A stretch of 64,000 nucleotides of DNA from Candidatus Magasanikiibacteriota bacterium (GTDB lineage: Bacteria > Patescibacteriota > Patescibacteriia > Magasanikbacterales > GWA2-37-8): the NCBI GenBank assembly GCA_041666745.1, contig JBAYGI010000005.1:7748-71747 (forward strand), written 5' to 3'. The translations under genes were made by a program, and so were the position numbers. A model generated the notes under the pieces. It was not told the origin of the DNA. It was given only the letters and a program-made list of their open reading frames with translations, and searched no databases. Numbering within the stretch: position 1 is the first letter of the stretch; each line of letters begins with the position of its first letter. Shown here one piece after another: positions 9,349 to 18,663 of this stretch.

Positions 9349-10431
9349 TTATAGCACACGACCTACCAACCGATCAATCGTACCAGTGATTTCTTCCGGT
9401 TTGGCTATTGGCATTACATTTGTTATTTTTTTACCCAATCTTCTTTTTTCGATATCATCGGCCAACAACTCTTTGATCAGTTTGGCTAAATAATTTCCAT
9501 CGGCTGTACGCTCATCAACAAAAATAGCCGCTTTTTCATCCGCGATAAATTTTACATTATCATATTGATGACCGGGTTTCGGGATTAAAATAGCCGGTTT
9601 GGACAAAGCCGCAATCTCACTAATCGATCCAAAACCACCGCGTGAAATTATGACATCAGCAATCGCATAGGCATCGGCCATTTCGTCGGTAAAAAATTGG
9701 TAGTGATGATAAAAATCAAAAAATTTTGAAGCGTGATCGACTAATTCCTGAGTCCGTTCTTTGCCTGAAAGATGAATTATTTCACAAACTCCTTGAAGGT
9801 GCGAAATGGATTCCACCACCAACTGATTTATTCTAAAAGATCCGGTACCGCCACCCATCGCGAAAATTACCGGCAAATCCGAATGAATATTGAATCTTTT
9901 TTTGGCACACTCTTTATCTCCTTGTAAAATTTGGGAACGAACCGGGTTGCCCAGCCAGACGGTTTTGTCTTGATTGAACTCGGGTAGATTTTTTTTCAAA
10001 GCTACCGTAATCGTATCAGCAAATGGAGCCATCAGTTTGTTCGCCAAACCAATTTGCCAGTCTTGTTGGTGAATCCATTGTGGAATACCGAGCAATGCCC
10101 CCGCCCAATGCAAAGGCACACTCACAAATCCACCGGCAGAAATCAAAAGATCCGGCTTTTCTTTCATTAAAAAAAAGAATGATTGAAAAAATCCAATCAC
10201 CACTAAAAAAATATCAAAAATATTCCAAATGGAAAAATATCGGCGCCATTTTCCGGAAGTCAACGCAACAAATCTAATTTGATTTTTTTCAACAAATTCT
10301 TTTTCAAGACCATTTTTGGTACCAACCCAAACAAATTCAGTATCCAGATATTTTTGAGCATAAACCTCCGCCACCGCAAGTAACGGCGTCACCGGCCCCA
10401 ACGTTCCCCCACCAGAAAAAATAATTTTCAT
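9349..10431 (-). CDS. murG: undecaprenyldiphospho-muramoylpentapeptide beta-N-acetylglucosaminyltransferase MurG
   Basis: N-terminal MKIIFSGGGTLGPVTPLLAVA Gly-rich loop and GT28 C-terminal domain. 360 aa. Confidence 0.85.
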   Translation of the reverse strand: MKIIFSGGGTLGPVTPLLAVAEVYAQKYLDTEFVWVGTKNGLEKEFVEKNQIRFVALTSGKWRRYFSIWNIFDIFLVVIGFFQSFFFLMKEKPDLLISAGGFVSVPLHWAGALLGIPQWIHQQDWQIGLANKLMAPFADTITVALKKNLPEFNQDKTVWLGNPVRSQILQGDKECAKKRFNIHSDLPVIFAMGGGTGSFRINQLVVESISHLQGVCEIIHLSGKERTQELVDHASKFFDFYHHYQFFTDEMADAYAIADVIISRGGFGSISEIAALSKPAILIPKPGHQYDNVKFIADEKAAIFVDERTADGNYLAKLIKELLADDIEKRRLGKKITNVMPIAKPEEITGTIDRLVGRVL

Positions 10432-10451
10432 AAATATTAAAGAGAGAGGAA

Positions 10452-10537
10452 GAATCCCAGTCGGTTATTTTTTGCGGGTTATGAGCCGAGGCTCATCCTT
10501 TCGACCTCGCGGTCGAAAAAAGCAAAAAAATAACCGA
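10452..10537. repeat. 20-bp inverted repeat enclosing two GC hairpins (complex terminator or structured element between rpoD and murG)
   Basis: ATCCCAGTCGGTTATTTTTT … AAAAAAATAACCGACTGGGAT flank GAGCCGAGGCTC and CGACCTCGCGGTCG hairpins. Confidence 0.4.
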
Positions 10538-10552
10538 CTGGGATGATAAAAA

Positions 10553-11905
10553 CTAGTAATCCTTTAGTTTAGAGATAAGATCAGAATGTTGAATTTTTTC
10601 CAGTGCTTTTGCTTCAATCTGACGAATACGTTCACGCGTCACCCCAAATTCCTGACCCACTTCCTCCAAGGTATGCGTAACCCCATCCCCCAATCCAAAC
10701 CTCATTTCCAAGATTTTCTGCTCACGTGGAGACAAAGATTTGATTGCCTCTTTGACATAGTCACGCAACAATTGCAAACCGGCCGCACGATCCGGTGAAA
10801 CATTTTTGACATCTTCAATAAAATCACCGAGTTGAGTATCTTCATCATCATCACCAACAGAAACATCAAGCGATACAGTATCCTGCGAAATTTTTATAAT
10901 ATGATTAATTTTTTCCACTTCTTCACCCATTTCAGCTGCTAATTCTTCCGGGGTAGGATCACGTCCCAAATCCTGAGTAAGACGACGCTGTACTTGTTGA
11001 AAACGATTGATTGTTTCCACCATATGCACCGGAATACGAATAGTGCGCGACTGATCAGCCAAAGCACGAGTGATCGCCTGACGAATCCACCAAGTAGCAT
11101 AAGTAGAAAATTTGTAGCCTTTGCGATGATCAAATTTTTTCACCGCTCTAAACAAACCGATATTTCCTTCTTGAATCAAATCTAACAGAGACAGGCTTTT
11201 ACCAACAAATTTTTTGGCAATCGAAACTACCAAACGCAAGTTGGCCTCAATGATTTTTCGCTCGGCCGCTTTGTCTCCGCGTTCTTTTCGTTTGGCCAAA
11301 GATACTTCTTGTTCGCCAGTCAATAGTGGAATTTTTCCAATTTCACGCAAATACATTTGGATTGAGTCCGAAGAAATTTCTCCCAAATCAAAAGGCACAT
11401 CCATATCCGGCTGTTCACCTTGAAACTCTTTCAAAACTTCTTGATTTTGTTGTTTGACTCCCAAAATACTTTGATTGGACTCCACCACACTGACACCATT
11501 TCTTTCGATCGCATCCAAAAAACCTTCATAGAGATCCAGATACAACTCCGGTCGCTTCATCAGCCCCAACATTTCCACGTCGGTAATAAAACCACGATGT
11601 CTACCTTTGTTTATCAATCTATAAAGATCATCGTTGGTTGGTTCAACTTCCGGTTCTGCTTCTGCAACCAGCGCTGTTCTTTTTTGTAAAAATTTTCCTT
11701 TTTTAAAAGGTTTTTCTTTTGGTAATTTAAAAATTTTCTTGCCGGCTATTTTGGGCGCTGGTTTACCAACCGTTTTATGCGCCACTTTTTTGATCACCAC
11801 TTCCTTTTTTTTAAACAACTTAACAACCGATTTTTTAATTGGTTTGATGTGAACAATTTTTTTTACTAATATTTTTTTCTTCGGTTGTTTTACCTTTTTT
11901 TGCAT
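10553..11905 (-). CDS. rpoD: primary RNA polymerase sigma factor RpoD
   Basis: 450 aa. Lys-rich N-terminus and regions 1.2-4 (…[41 protein letters not shown]…). Immediately downstream of dnaG, as in the classic dnaG-rpoD operon. Confidence 0.9.
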   Translation of the reverse strand: MQKKVKQPKKKILVKKIVHIKPIKKSVVKLFKKKEVVIKKVAHKTVGKPAPKIAGKKIFKLPKEKPFKKGKFLQKRTALVAEAEPEVEPTNDDLYRLINKGRHRGFITDVEMLGLMKRPELYLDLYEGFLDAIERNGVSVVESNQSILGVKQQNQEVLKEFQGEQPDMDVPFDLGEISSDSIQMYLREIGKIPLLTGEQEVSLAKRKERGDKAAERKIIEANLRLVVSIAKKFVGKSLSLLDLIQEGNIGLFRAVKKFDHRKGYKFSTYATWWIRQAITRALADQSRTIRIPVHMVETINRFQQVQRRLTQDLGRDPTPEELAAEMGEEVEKINHIIKISQDTVSLDVSVGDDDEDTQLGDFIEDVKNVSPDRAAGLQLLRDYVKEAIKSLSPREQKILEMRFGLGDGVTHTLEEVGQEFGVTRERIRQIEAKALEKIQHSDLISKLKDY

Positions 11906-11920
11906 AAAATCTATAACTAA

Positions 11921-14866
11921 TTAAATACTTTGAAGTTCGATTAATAATTTTTCCATCTGTTGTTTGTCCGGATTTTTTTCAGCTGAAACCAACGCTAATT
12001 CTTGACCGATTTGTTTTCTTCTTTTTTTTGACCATTCATCTTTTATTTGCACTATCAATTCGGCCAACTCATCTTTAATCGAATCTTCTTCAATATTTTC
12101 CACCTGAATTTGGGCGATCATTTTTAAATTCTCAAAATCATCTTTGGATTCTGATTCATCAAAAAAACTTCGCCAAACTTCAACAGTATTGGCTTGGTTA
12201 GTATTATAATGTTTTTTTATGATTTCGTAAAGGTGTCCATAAAAACTCCCCTGCCAGCAACCGTCTTTTAAACCTGACCACAAAGAATTGATATATTGCG
12301 GAGAAAAAATCAAAATCATCAAAAATCTTTTTAACAACATGTCCAATCTATCCAAATCCGCCGCGCTTTTACTGTTTTCTTTATCTTTATTCTCTAGATT
12401 ATTTTTTTTGTTTTTGTCAAAACGTTTTATGTCATCTCTCAACACCGACGTGTCCGTACCCAATCTTCCCGCCAACTCTTTTAACCAGTAGTCTCTTTCG
12501 ACTGCAAACGGGATTAAATTGATAATCGGCAAAAGTTCATTGGCAATTTTTTGCTTGGCTTTTGGTTCAGAAGTATTTTTATTTAAAAAAGCCATTTCGA
12601 AAAACCAATGTAATACATCATCGGAATTTTTTACCGCCAAAAACCATACCTCCGGATTTTGTTTCAAACATTCATCGGCATCTTTTCCTTTTCCTTCCGG
12701 AATACGAATCGCTTTCACATTCAATCCCTCACCTAGAGCGATATCTATTCCGCGCTTCGCCGCTGCCACTCCGGCCGAATCACCGTCAAACGCCATGGCG
12801 ATATTGTTGGAATAGCGTTTGAGTAATTTTATTTGTTCTAGAGATAGAGCCGTACCGGAAGATGCCACCACATTTTTCATCCCCGCCTGATGACAAGCGA
12901 TCACATCCATTTGCCCCTCTACTAATACAACCAGATCCTGTGCTTTTATTTCAGTTTTGGCTTTGTCCAAACCATAGATCACTCGCGACTTGTCATAAAC
13001 CAAAGTTTGCGGTGTGTTTACATATTTTCCGCCACTATTTTCGGTCTCTACCAAAACTCGTCCGGTAAAACCAACTACATTTCCATGCACATCCCAAATC
13101 GGAAACATTATTCGTCCGCGGAAACGATCGTAAAATCCTTGTCCGGCGCGCGCCACATCTTTTTTTATTACCAAACCGGCCGCCACCAAATCATCGACTC
13201 CGATTCCTTTTTTTAAAAAATATTTTGTTAATAAATCCCACTGATCCGGGATAAAACCAATTTGCCATTTTTCGATTGTTTCTTTTTTCAAACCACGTTT
13301 TTCCAAATATTCACGCGCACCTTTGGCACCTTCCATCTCAGTCAAAATATGATGAAAAAAATAAGCCGCCTTTTGGTTGATTTCCAAAATGCGATTTTTT
13401 TGACTTTTATCTATTTCACTTCGATAGTTATCTATTTTTACCCCGGCGCGATCAGCCAATAATTTCAAAGTTTCAGGAAAATCCAGCCCCTCCATCTCTT
13501 GTACAAAAGAAAAAATATCTCCACCTTTTCCGCAATTACTAACTGCAAAATTCTCGGTCAAATACGAATGATCTTGTGATACGGTCAGATTAAAAACTGG
13601 CCCTTCAAAACTAGAACTTGTAATTTTTTTAATCGGATAGATAACAAACTTAGTCTCGCCATCCACCAGCCAATCCGTATATTTCGCTTGGACATCCTCG
13701 TACCACATTACATGGTATGACTTTTTATGATGGACTCCACGCTTATCCGTTTTTTCTTGATGTTGAAAAATACTAGGGATAATATTCAATCTCAACAATA
13801 TTTCCTTTAGTTGAAAAACTAAACTGTGTGATATCGTACTAACACTCCTATAATCAGGTCTTGATTTTTTACCACCTTTACTATTATGTCCGTCCCCTCG
13901 AAATATAGCTTCCAACAATATCCTTTGTTTACTAAAAGGCAGATACTCCCAACCATAAGGGATATGTTTATTGGCCGCGCCTTTGCCACATAAATTTTCA
14001 AAAATATTTGCTAAATTTGAATTACAACATGTTATTTCCAATCCAGTTTTTTTACCAGAACGTTTATGAATTGAAGCATTAATATTAAAAATGTTTTTAC
14101 ATAATTCAACAATATCCTGTGCGAATACCGGTTCATGACTGCCAACACTAAATCTTATATATCCACGATGATTACTACCTTCGGCTATCCAATAACCCAC
14201 TAATTTCAAAAAATCTTCGTTAATTTTTATATATTTAGGTAGCGCAAAAATCTTTTTGCCGACATTTTTTTTACCACGATTAAGATAATCAAAAAGTTTA
14301 ATTCTATTAATTTTAATTACTTTATCAACGACAGGATACAATAAATAATCATTCAATTTTAATTCGCCAGCGGAAATTTCTTCTATTTTATAACCTCTAA
14401 AAAATTTATGCGGGCAATTTTGTTTGCATTGTTTTTGGCACAATCTAGTCGCTCTTGATTTCTGTATACAATTCTTAGTTCTAACACAAAACACTTTGTG
14501 ATCATTTGTAATTTTTACTGGCATGTTTGATTTACGAATATATATTTGTCTTAACCCTCCCGAATAATTTCTAATCAGAGCACGAACAACATTGCATAAC
14601 TGTCCTTTGTGAGTATAAACAGAATCACCCACTTTAATATCCTCTATTTTGGTATGTCCACATTTAGTACGAATGAATGTTCCTGCCGGAAAACAACCAA
14701 AACATTTCCAAATTTGCTTTTCGGAATTGACCATGAAAGACGGCGTTTTTTCCTTGTGAAAAGGACACGGCGCTTTCCAATAAATGCCAGCTTTTTTGAG
14801 TGGCACATATTCTTGGATGGTCTGCACAATGTCAAGTTTTTCTTTGATGAGTTGAGTATCAGCCAT
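11921..14866 (-). CDS. dnaG: DNA primase DnaG with an in-frame intein
   Basis: Zn-ribbon CPFHKEKTPSF…KCFG, then the intein, then CGKGGDIFSFV. Primase/TOPRIM motifs follow (…VLVEGQMDVIA…AFDGDSAG…). 981 aa against about 590 aa for an intein-free DnaG. Confidence 0.85.
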   Translation of the reverse strand: MADTQLIKEKLDIVQTIQEYVPLKKAGIYWKAPCPFHKEKTPSFMVNSEKQIWKCFGCFPAGTFIRTKCGHTKIEDIKVGDSVYTHKGQLCNVVRALIRNYSGGLRQIYIRKSNMPVKITNDHKVFCVRTKNCIQKSRATRLCQKQCKQNCPHKFFRGYKIEEISAGELKLNDYLLYPVVDKVIKINRIKLFDYLNRGKKNVGKKIFALPKYIKINEDFLKLVGYWIAEGSNHRGYIRFSVGSHEPVFAQDIVELCKNIFNINASIHKRSGKKTGLEITCCNSNLANIFENLCGKGAANKHIPYGWEYLPFSKQRILLEAIFRGDGHNSKGGKKSRPDYRSVSTISHSLVFQLKEILLRLNIIPSIFQHQEKTDKRGVHHKKSYHVMWYEDVQAKYTDWLVDGETKFVIYPIKKITSSSFEGPVFNLTVSQDHSYLTENFAVSNCGKGGDIFSFVQEMEGLDFPETLKLLADRAGVKIDNYRSEIDKSQKNRILEINQKAAYFFHHILTEMEGAKGAREYLEKRGLKKETIEKWQIGFIPDQWDLLTKYFLKKGIGVDDLVAAGLVIKKDVARAGQGFYDRFRGRIMFPIWDVHGNVVGFTGRVLVETENSGGKYVNTPQTLVYDKSRVIYGLDKAKTEIKAQDLVVLVEGQMDVIACHQAGMKNVVASSGTALSLEQIKLLKRYSNNIAMAFDGDSAGVAAAKRGIDIALGEGLNVKAIRIPEGKGKDADECLKQNPEVWFLAVKNSDDVLHWFFEMAFLNKNTSEPKAKQKIANELLPIINLIPFAVERDYWLKELAGRLGTDTSVLRDDIKRFDKNKKNNLENKDKENSKSAADLDRLDMLLKRFLMILIFSPQYINSLWSGLKDGCWQGSFYGHLYEIIKKHYNTNQANTVEVWRSFFDESESKDDFENLKMIAQIQVENIEEDSIKDELAELIVQIKDEWSKKRRKQIGQELALVSAEKNPDKQQMEKLLIELQSI
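13535..14695 (-). mobile_element. intein (387 aa) with LAGLIDADG homing endonuclease, inserted in the DnaG zinc-finger CFG|CG site
   Basis: The intein begins CFPAGTFIRT… (Cys1) and ends …NFAVSN, followed by a +1 Cys. Two LAGLIDADG-like motifs are present (LVGYWIAEGSNHRGYI and LLEAIFRGDGH). The exteins rejoin as …WKCFGCGKGGD…, the canonical DnaG sequence. Confidence 0.7.
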
Positions 14867-15056
14867 ATACCATTAATTTAACACTGTTTACTATAAAAAA
14901 CAAGAGCAGGTCCAAACCAAAAACGAACGCTTAAATACTTGACAAAAGTGAGAAAAAATGATAGGTTTGGCCCATCCTCAGACGAGTGTTTGGAGGAAGT
15001 TCTGCATACCAACGCAGAATCTAGTTCCCTGACAATTCACAAGGCAGGAAAAATAC

Positions 15057-15554
15057 ATGCTTCCCAGTTTTCACTTGACCGACCTGTTCTTTTGGGTCGG
15101 ATTTCTTTTCCTTTTGCTCTTCGCGGGATACCATCTCATCATCTCCTGGCTTCGACGAGTGGATTCTTTCTCGAAGATCCAGGGAGACGTGAGTGTTGAA
15201 CGGACAATCCGTCACTTCCTGCGACCGGCCATCCTGACACTCCTAGCTATCACTGCGCTCATTTGCGTCACCATCGGCCAGGGCTCGCAGGCGAGCACGC
15301 AGAACGCCTCGCTCAATCCCGAGATGAAGGTCCGCGACGACTTCGTCAAGGCACAACAGGAGGAAGCCAAGACGGTGACCCCCAAGACTGTGCCAGCGAT
15401 GGAAGCCGAACGGAAACAGGTGGAGGAGACAAAGCGCAAACAGGCGGAGGAAGATGCGCGACGTCGCCAGGAACAGTCCGGCGAGGCGCTCAAGAACTTC
15501 CGCCAGCGAGTCATGGAGCGTGGCATCAATCCAACGGACATCACCACACCGTAG
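15057..15554 (+). CDS. membrane protein (two TM helices plus charged C-terminal tail) in GC-rich island
   Basis: 165 aa with GC3-rich codon usage (island about 60% GC against about 35% in the flanks). Two hydrophobic helices and a Glu/Lys/Arg/Gln-rich tail. Confidence 0.55.
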   Translation: MLPSFHLTDLFFWVGFLFLLLFAGYHLIISWLRRVDSFSKIQGDVSVERTIRHFLRPAILTLLAITALICVTIGQGSQASTQNASLNPEMKVRDDFVKAQQEEAKTVTPKTVPAMEAERKQVEETKRKQAEEDARRRQEQSGEALKNFRQRVMERGINPTDITTP

Positions 15555-15605
15555 CACAGAGCTTCGGTTCGGGTTTCCGTTTTTCAAGACAAGAGGAGAA
15601 TTCAG

Positions 15606-16655
15606 ATGAAGAGCTTTTCGATTCGCGCCGCAATCGCACTGATGGCGGCAATCACTCTCTCCACCCTCGCCGGCTGTGAGGGCTGTACCGGACGGGTTCC
15701 GGGCGGCTACGTCGGCATGGTCATGACCCCGAGCGGGTTTAACGGGGACATCCTTGCTCCCGGCAATCACTCCTGCTACGGCAAAGACAGGATGTACCTG
15801 CTCGAAGTGAGCGACACCCAGAAGGCCGTCGAGATCAACCAGTTGACCACCGACAAGATCAACTTCAAGGCGTCCATCGGAGTGCTTTTCTCGGTGGATC
15901 GTGGCAACAAGCAGGCGATCAAAGACGCGTTCGACAACCTCACGGCGGTGCAAACGGCCGACGCGAAGGTGTTCGTAATCTCCGCCGAGTATCTTTTCAA
16001 GACCTACGTCATGGCGATTGCGGACGAGCAGGGAAGAAAAGTATATTCAAGATACGAATCTTCAGAGGTGGTGTCCAACCGCTCGAAGATTGTCGAGGAG
16101 GTCCGAACCGGAGTCGTGACGGCCTTCCAGAACGGCCTAGTCAAGATCAAGCAGGTCACGGTCAACAACGATGACTTTCCGCACGACGTGAATATGTCTT
16201 GGGAGGCGCGTGCCAGGAAGATCATCGACACCGAGACCGAAAAGGCCGAGCAAACCCGACAACTGATCATCAAGAACAATGAGTTGGCGCTGGAGACACT
16301 CAATTACCAGATCGACTTGGTCAAGGCGGCGAACGTCGCCGACTCGAACAAGATCATCGGCTCGTCCATCACGCCCGAGTATCTGGCATACCAACAGATC
16401 AAGGTCATGGGCGACGCGGCCAAGGGTCCGAACAACTGGGGATTCATCCCCTTCACGGACTATGCCAACGGCAAGGTCAACGGTGGCCCGGCCGACCGCC
16501 TGACAAGCAAAGGTCTGGTCGACGCCGAGCTGATCAAGAGGATTCAGGATGCGCGCCAGAAAGGCGCCGACGCCAAAGCCCAACAGGACAAGGCCAAGGC
16601 ACCCACGGCACCGCCTCCCGCCGATCCTCCGGCGGCCGCTCCTGCCACTCCGTAG
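15606..16655 (+). CDS. SPFH/band-7 domain lipoprotein with Pro/Ala-rich C-terminal tail, in GC-rich island
   Basis: Strong SD AGGAGA. Signal peptide with lipobox LAGC. SPFH-like core. C-terminal …APTAPPPADPPAAAPATP. High GC3. Confidence 0.6.
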   Translation: MKSFSIRAAIALMAAITLSTLAGCEGCTGRVPGGYVGMVMTPSGFNGDILAPGNHSCYGKDRMYLLEVSDTQKAVEINQLTTDKINFKASIGVLFSVDRGNKQAIKDAFDNLTAVQTADAKVFVISAEYLFKTYVMAIADEQGRKVYSRYESSEVVSNRSKIVEEVRTGVVTAFQNGLVKIKQVTVNNDDFPHDVNMSWEARARKIIDTETEKAEQTRQLIIKNNELALETLNYQIDLVKAANVADSNKIIGSSITPEYLAYQQIKVMGDAAKGPNNWGFIPFTDYANGKVNGGPADRLTSKGLVDAELIKRIQDARQKGADAKAQQDKAKAPTAPPPADPPAAAPATP

Positions 16656-16782
16656 ATACTACACTCACCCTCGCCAGCTATCAGGCGTAAGATAGCCGAC
16701 GAAGCTCTTTCCCACCAATACGCCCGGTGACGCGTAAGCGTTCCGGTTCATCCGCCCTGTGCATTTTGTTGGCACGGGGCAA

Positions 16783-16825
16783 TCACAAAAGACACCATTT
16801 CAAATGATGTCTTTTGTTTTTATTT
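16783..16825 (+). terminator. rho-independent terminator closing the GC-rich island
   Basis: AAAAGACACCATTTCAAATGATGTCTTTTGTTTTTATTT. Confidence 0.45.
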
Positions 16826-17082
16826 ATAATTTTATTTTTTTCTGTTTATAACCCTCTAAAATTTTCTGAATTTGTTTTTTGAATTCAGGTAAATCGCTTT
16901 TTACGGTTTTCCAAACTACGAGATCATCTATTTGAAAATATTCATGTATCATTTTATCTCTCATAGTCTTGTGTCTTGCCGGATAATAAAAACTTTTCTT
17001 TGTTTAAATCGGCCACATAACTTTCCACCGCCTCAATGCTTTCAAAAATGTGTTCTAAATAAATTACAGGGTCTTTGCGCAT
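16824..17082 (-). pseudogene. HEPN/DUF86 (HepT-like) toxin gene remnant, internally deleted and frameshifted
   Basis: The N-terminal fragment MRKDPVIYLEHIFESIEAVESYV… ends in a stop after 42 codons. In the +1 frame …TMRDKMIHEYFQIDDLVVWKTVKSDLPEFKKQI… carries the conserved R-x4-HxY and C-terminal DUF86 signature. Its start codon lies 1 nt after the MNT stop. Confidence 0.5.
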
Positions 17083-17083
17083 A

Positions 17084-17386
17084 TTAAAATACTCGCACTA
17101 AATCTTTGTTAATATACGGTTTTAATTTTTTATCCACCGAACGAAAAGTAATCACATCAAATTTACGGCCAACTTTTTCTTCCAAAGAATTTTTTAAATT
17201 TACAAAAGCAAATAGGCCAACTTCTTTTTTGAAATCCACCAATAAATCTACGTCACTGTTTTTTCTTTCTTCTCCACGCGCGAACGAACCAAAAATAGAC
17301 GCCCTTTTTACTTGGTGCTTTTTTAAAATCGGAATTATGGATTTTTTTATTTTTTGGCAGGTTGTCATATGTTTGTATATTACCAT
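17084..17386 (-). CDS. MNT-type nucleotidyltransferase (antitoxin of HEPN/MNT module)
   Basis: 100 aa with the minimal nucleotidyltransferase motif GSFARGEERKNSDVDLLVDF. Confidence 0.7.
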   Translation of the reverse strand: MVIYKHMTTCQKIKKSIIPILKKHQVKRASIFGSFARGEERKNSDVDLLVDFKKEVGLFAFVNLKNSLEEKVGRKFDVITFRSVDKKLKPYINKDLVRVF

Positions 17387-17412
17387 ACCAAAACAGATGT
17401 GTCTATATTTTT

Positions 17413-18660
17413 TTATTCTCTACGCAATGCCTCAATCGGATTCAAATTCGCCGCTTTTTTGGCGGGATAAATTCCGAAGAGCAAACCGACAAAAGCGGAA
17501 AAACCCAATGACAATAAAATGGATGAAATTGGTATGGAATACACCCAAGAAAAATTATAATAGATTGCAATCCAATATACTAAAAGAGCTAATATCGCGC
17601 CCAAAGCAACTCCAACTACTCCGCCTAACAATGTCAAAGTAATCGCCTCGCTTAAAAACTGAAACAAAATATCTTTATTTTTCGCGCCTATCGCTTTGCG
17701 CAAACCGATTTCAAAAGTACGCTCGGAAACCGAAACATACATAATATTCATAATTCCCACCCCACCGACTAACAAAGAAACACAAACCAAAGCAACTAAT
17801 AAAAAGGTCAGACCATTGATTACACCGGACAACATATTCATCGCTTCTTCCATTGTGTTTACCGCAAAATCATCTTTATTTGGATCAGTTATATCATGAT
17901 TGGCGCGAATTATTTCTTCCAAATCGGTAACGGTATTTTTTATTTCATTTTTATCTTTGGCGCGCATAATAATCTCACGCACATAATCTATTCCCAAAAT
18001 TCTTTTCTGCATTGTTTTGGTTGGAATATACATCACATTGTCCATATCCATTCCAAAAATCGCGCCCCGTTTGGCGGCAATACCAACTATTTTGAATGGT
18101 TTTCCTTTTATATATACTGATTTTCCAACCGCGTCATCCTCTCCAAACAATGCGTCTTTGGTAACAGCGCCGATCACCGCCACTTGTGACAAAGAATTTT
18201 CTTCATCTTCGGTAAATAATCTGCCGGCAGATAAATTAAAAACTTCCACCTCTTGTAAATTTGCGCCTTCACCCCAGAGTAATGTGGTTTTGGTTGCTTG
18301 ATTGTATTTCACCACCGCTTGACCAATTACCATACCATACGCGGCGGCGATATTTGGATGTTTTCGAACATCATCAATATCCTTATCTTTTAAAGAAGTG
18401 ATAGTGATACCGGTAGATTGTCCCATCGCATTTTCATTGGAAGTTTTTTTTGTTGAAGGAACTTTTGTTTCAATAGTTATTGTATTGGGAGAATAAATTT
18501 CCAGTTGACCCAATACCAACTTGTCCAAACCTTTTCCAGCGGCCATAATGGTAATAACAACCGCGATTCCAATAGCAATACCAAGCACAGTCAAAAGAGT
18601 GCGTGTTTTTTGCGCTTTTAAAGATGATATAGCGAGTTGTAAATTTGTTTTTAAAAACAT
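17413..18660 (-). CDS. MacB-like ABC transporter permease (FtsX domain with large periplasmic domain)
   Basis: 415 aa with N-terminal TM, a periplasmic core of about 200 aa, and three C-terminal TM helices ending …IYPAKKAANLNPIEALRRE. Confidence 0.75.
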   Translation of the reverse strand: MFLKTNLQLAISSLKAQKTRTLLTVLGIAIGIAVVITIMAAGKGLDKLVLGQLEIYSPNTITIETKVPSTKKTSNENAMGQSTGITITSLKDKDIDDVRKHPNIAAAYGMVIGQAVVKYNQATKTTLLWGEGANLQEVEVFNLSAGRLFTEDEENSLSQVAVIGAVTKDALFGEDDAVGKSVYIKGKPFKIVGIAAKRGAIFGMDMDNVMYIPTKTMQKRILGIDYVREIIMRAKDKNEIKNTVTDLEEIIRANHDITDPNKDDFAVNTMEEAMNMLSGVINGLTFLLVALVCVSLLVGGVGIMNIMYVSVSERTFEIGLRKAIGAKNKDILFQFLSEAITLTLLGGVVGVALGAILALLVYWIAIYYNFSWVYSIPISSILLSLGFSAFVGLLFGIYPAKKAANLNPIEALRRE

Positions 18661-18663
18661 ATT

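Noticed and set aside
15212-16583. Long antisense and alternative-frame ORFs inside the GC-rich island (15243..15953-, 16137..16583-, 15263..15679+ and others)
   Set aside because: Stop-codon depletion in 60% GC DNA yields long open frames by chance. The sense-strand ORFs have the signal peptide, lipobox and SD, so the antisense ORFs are artefacts.
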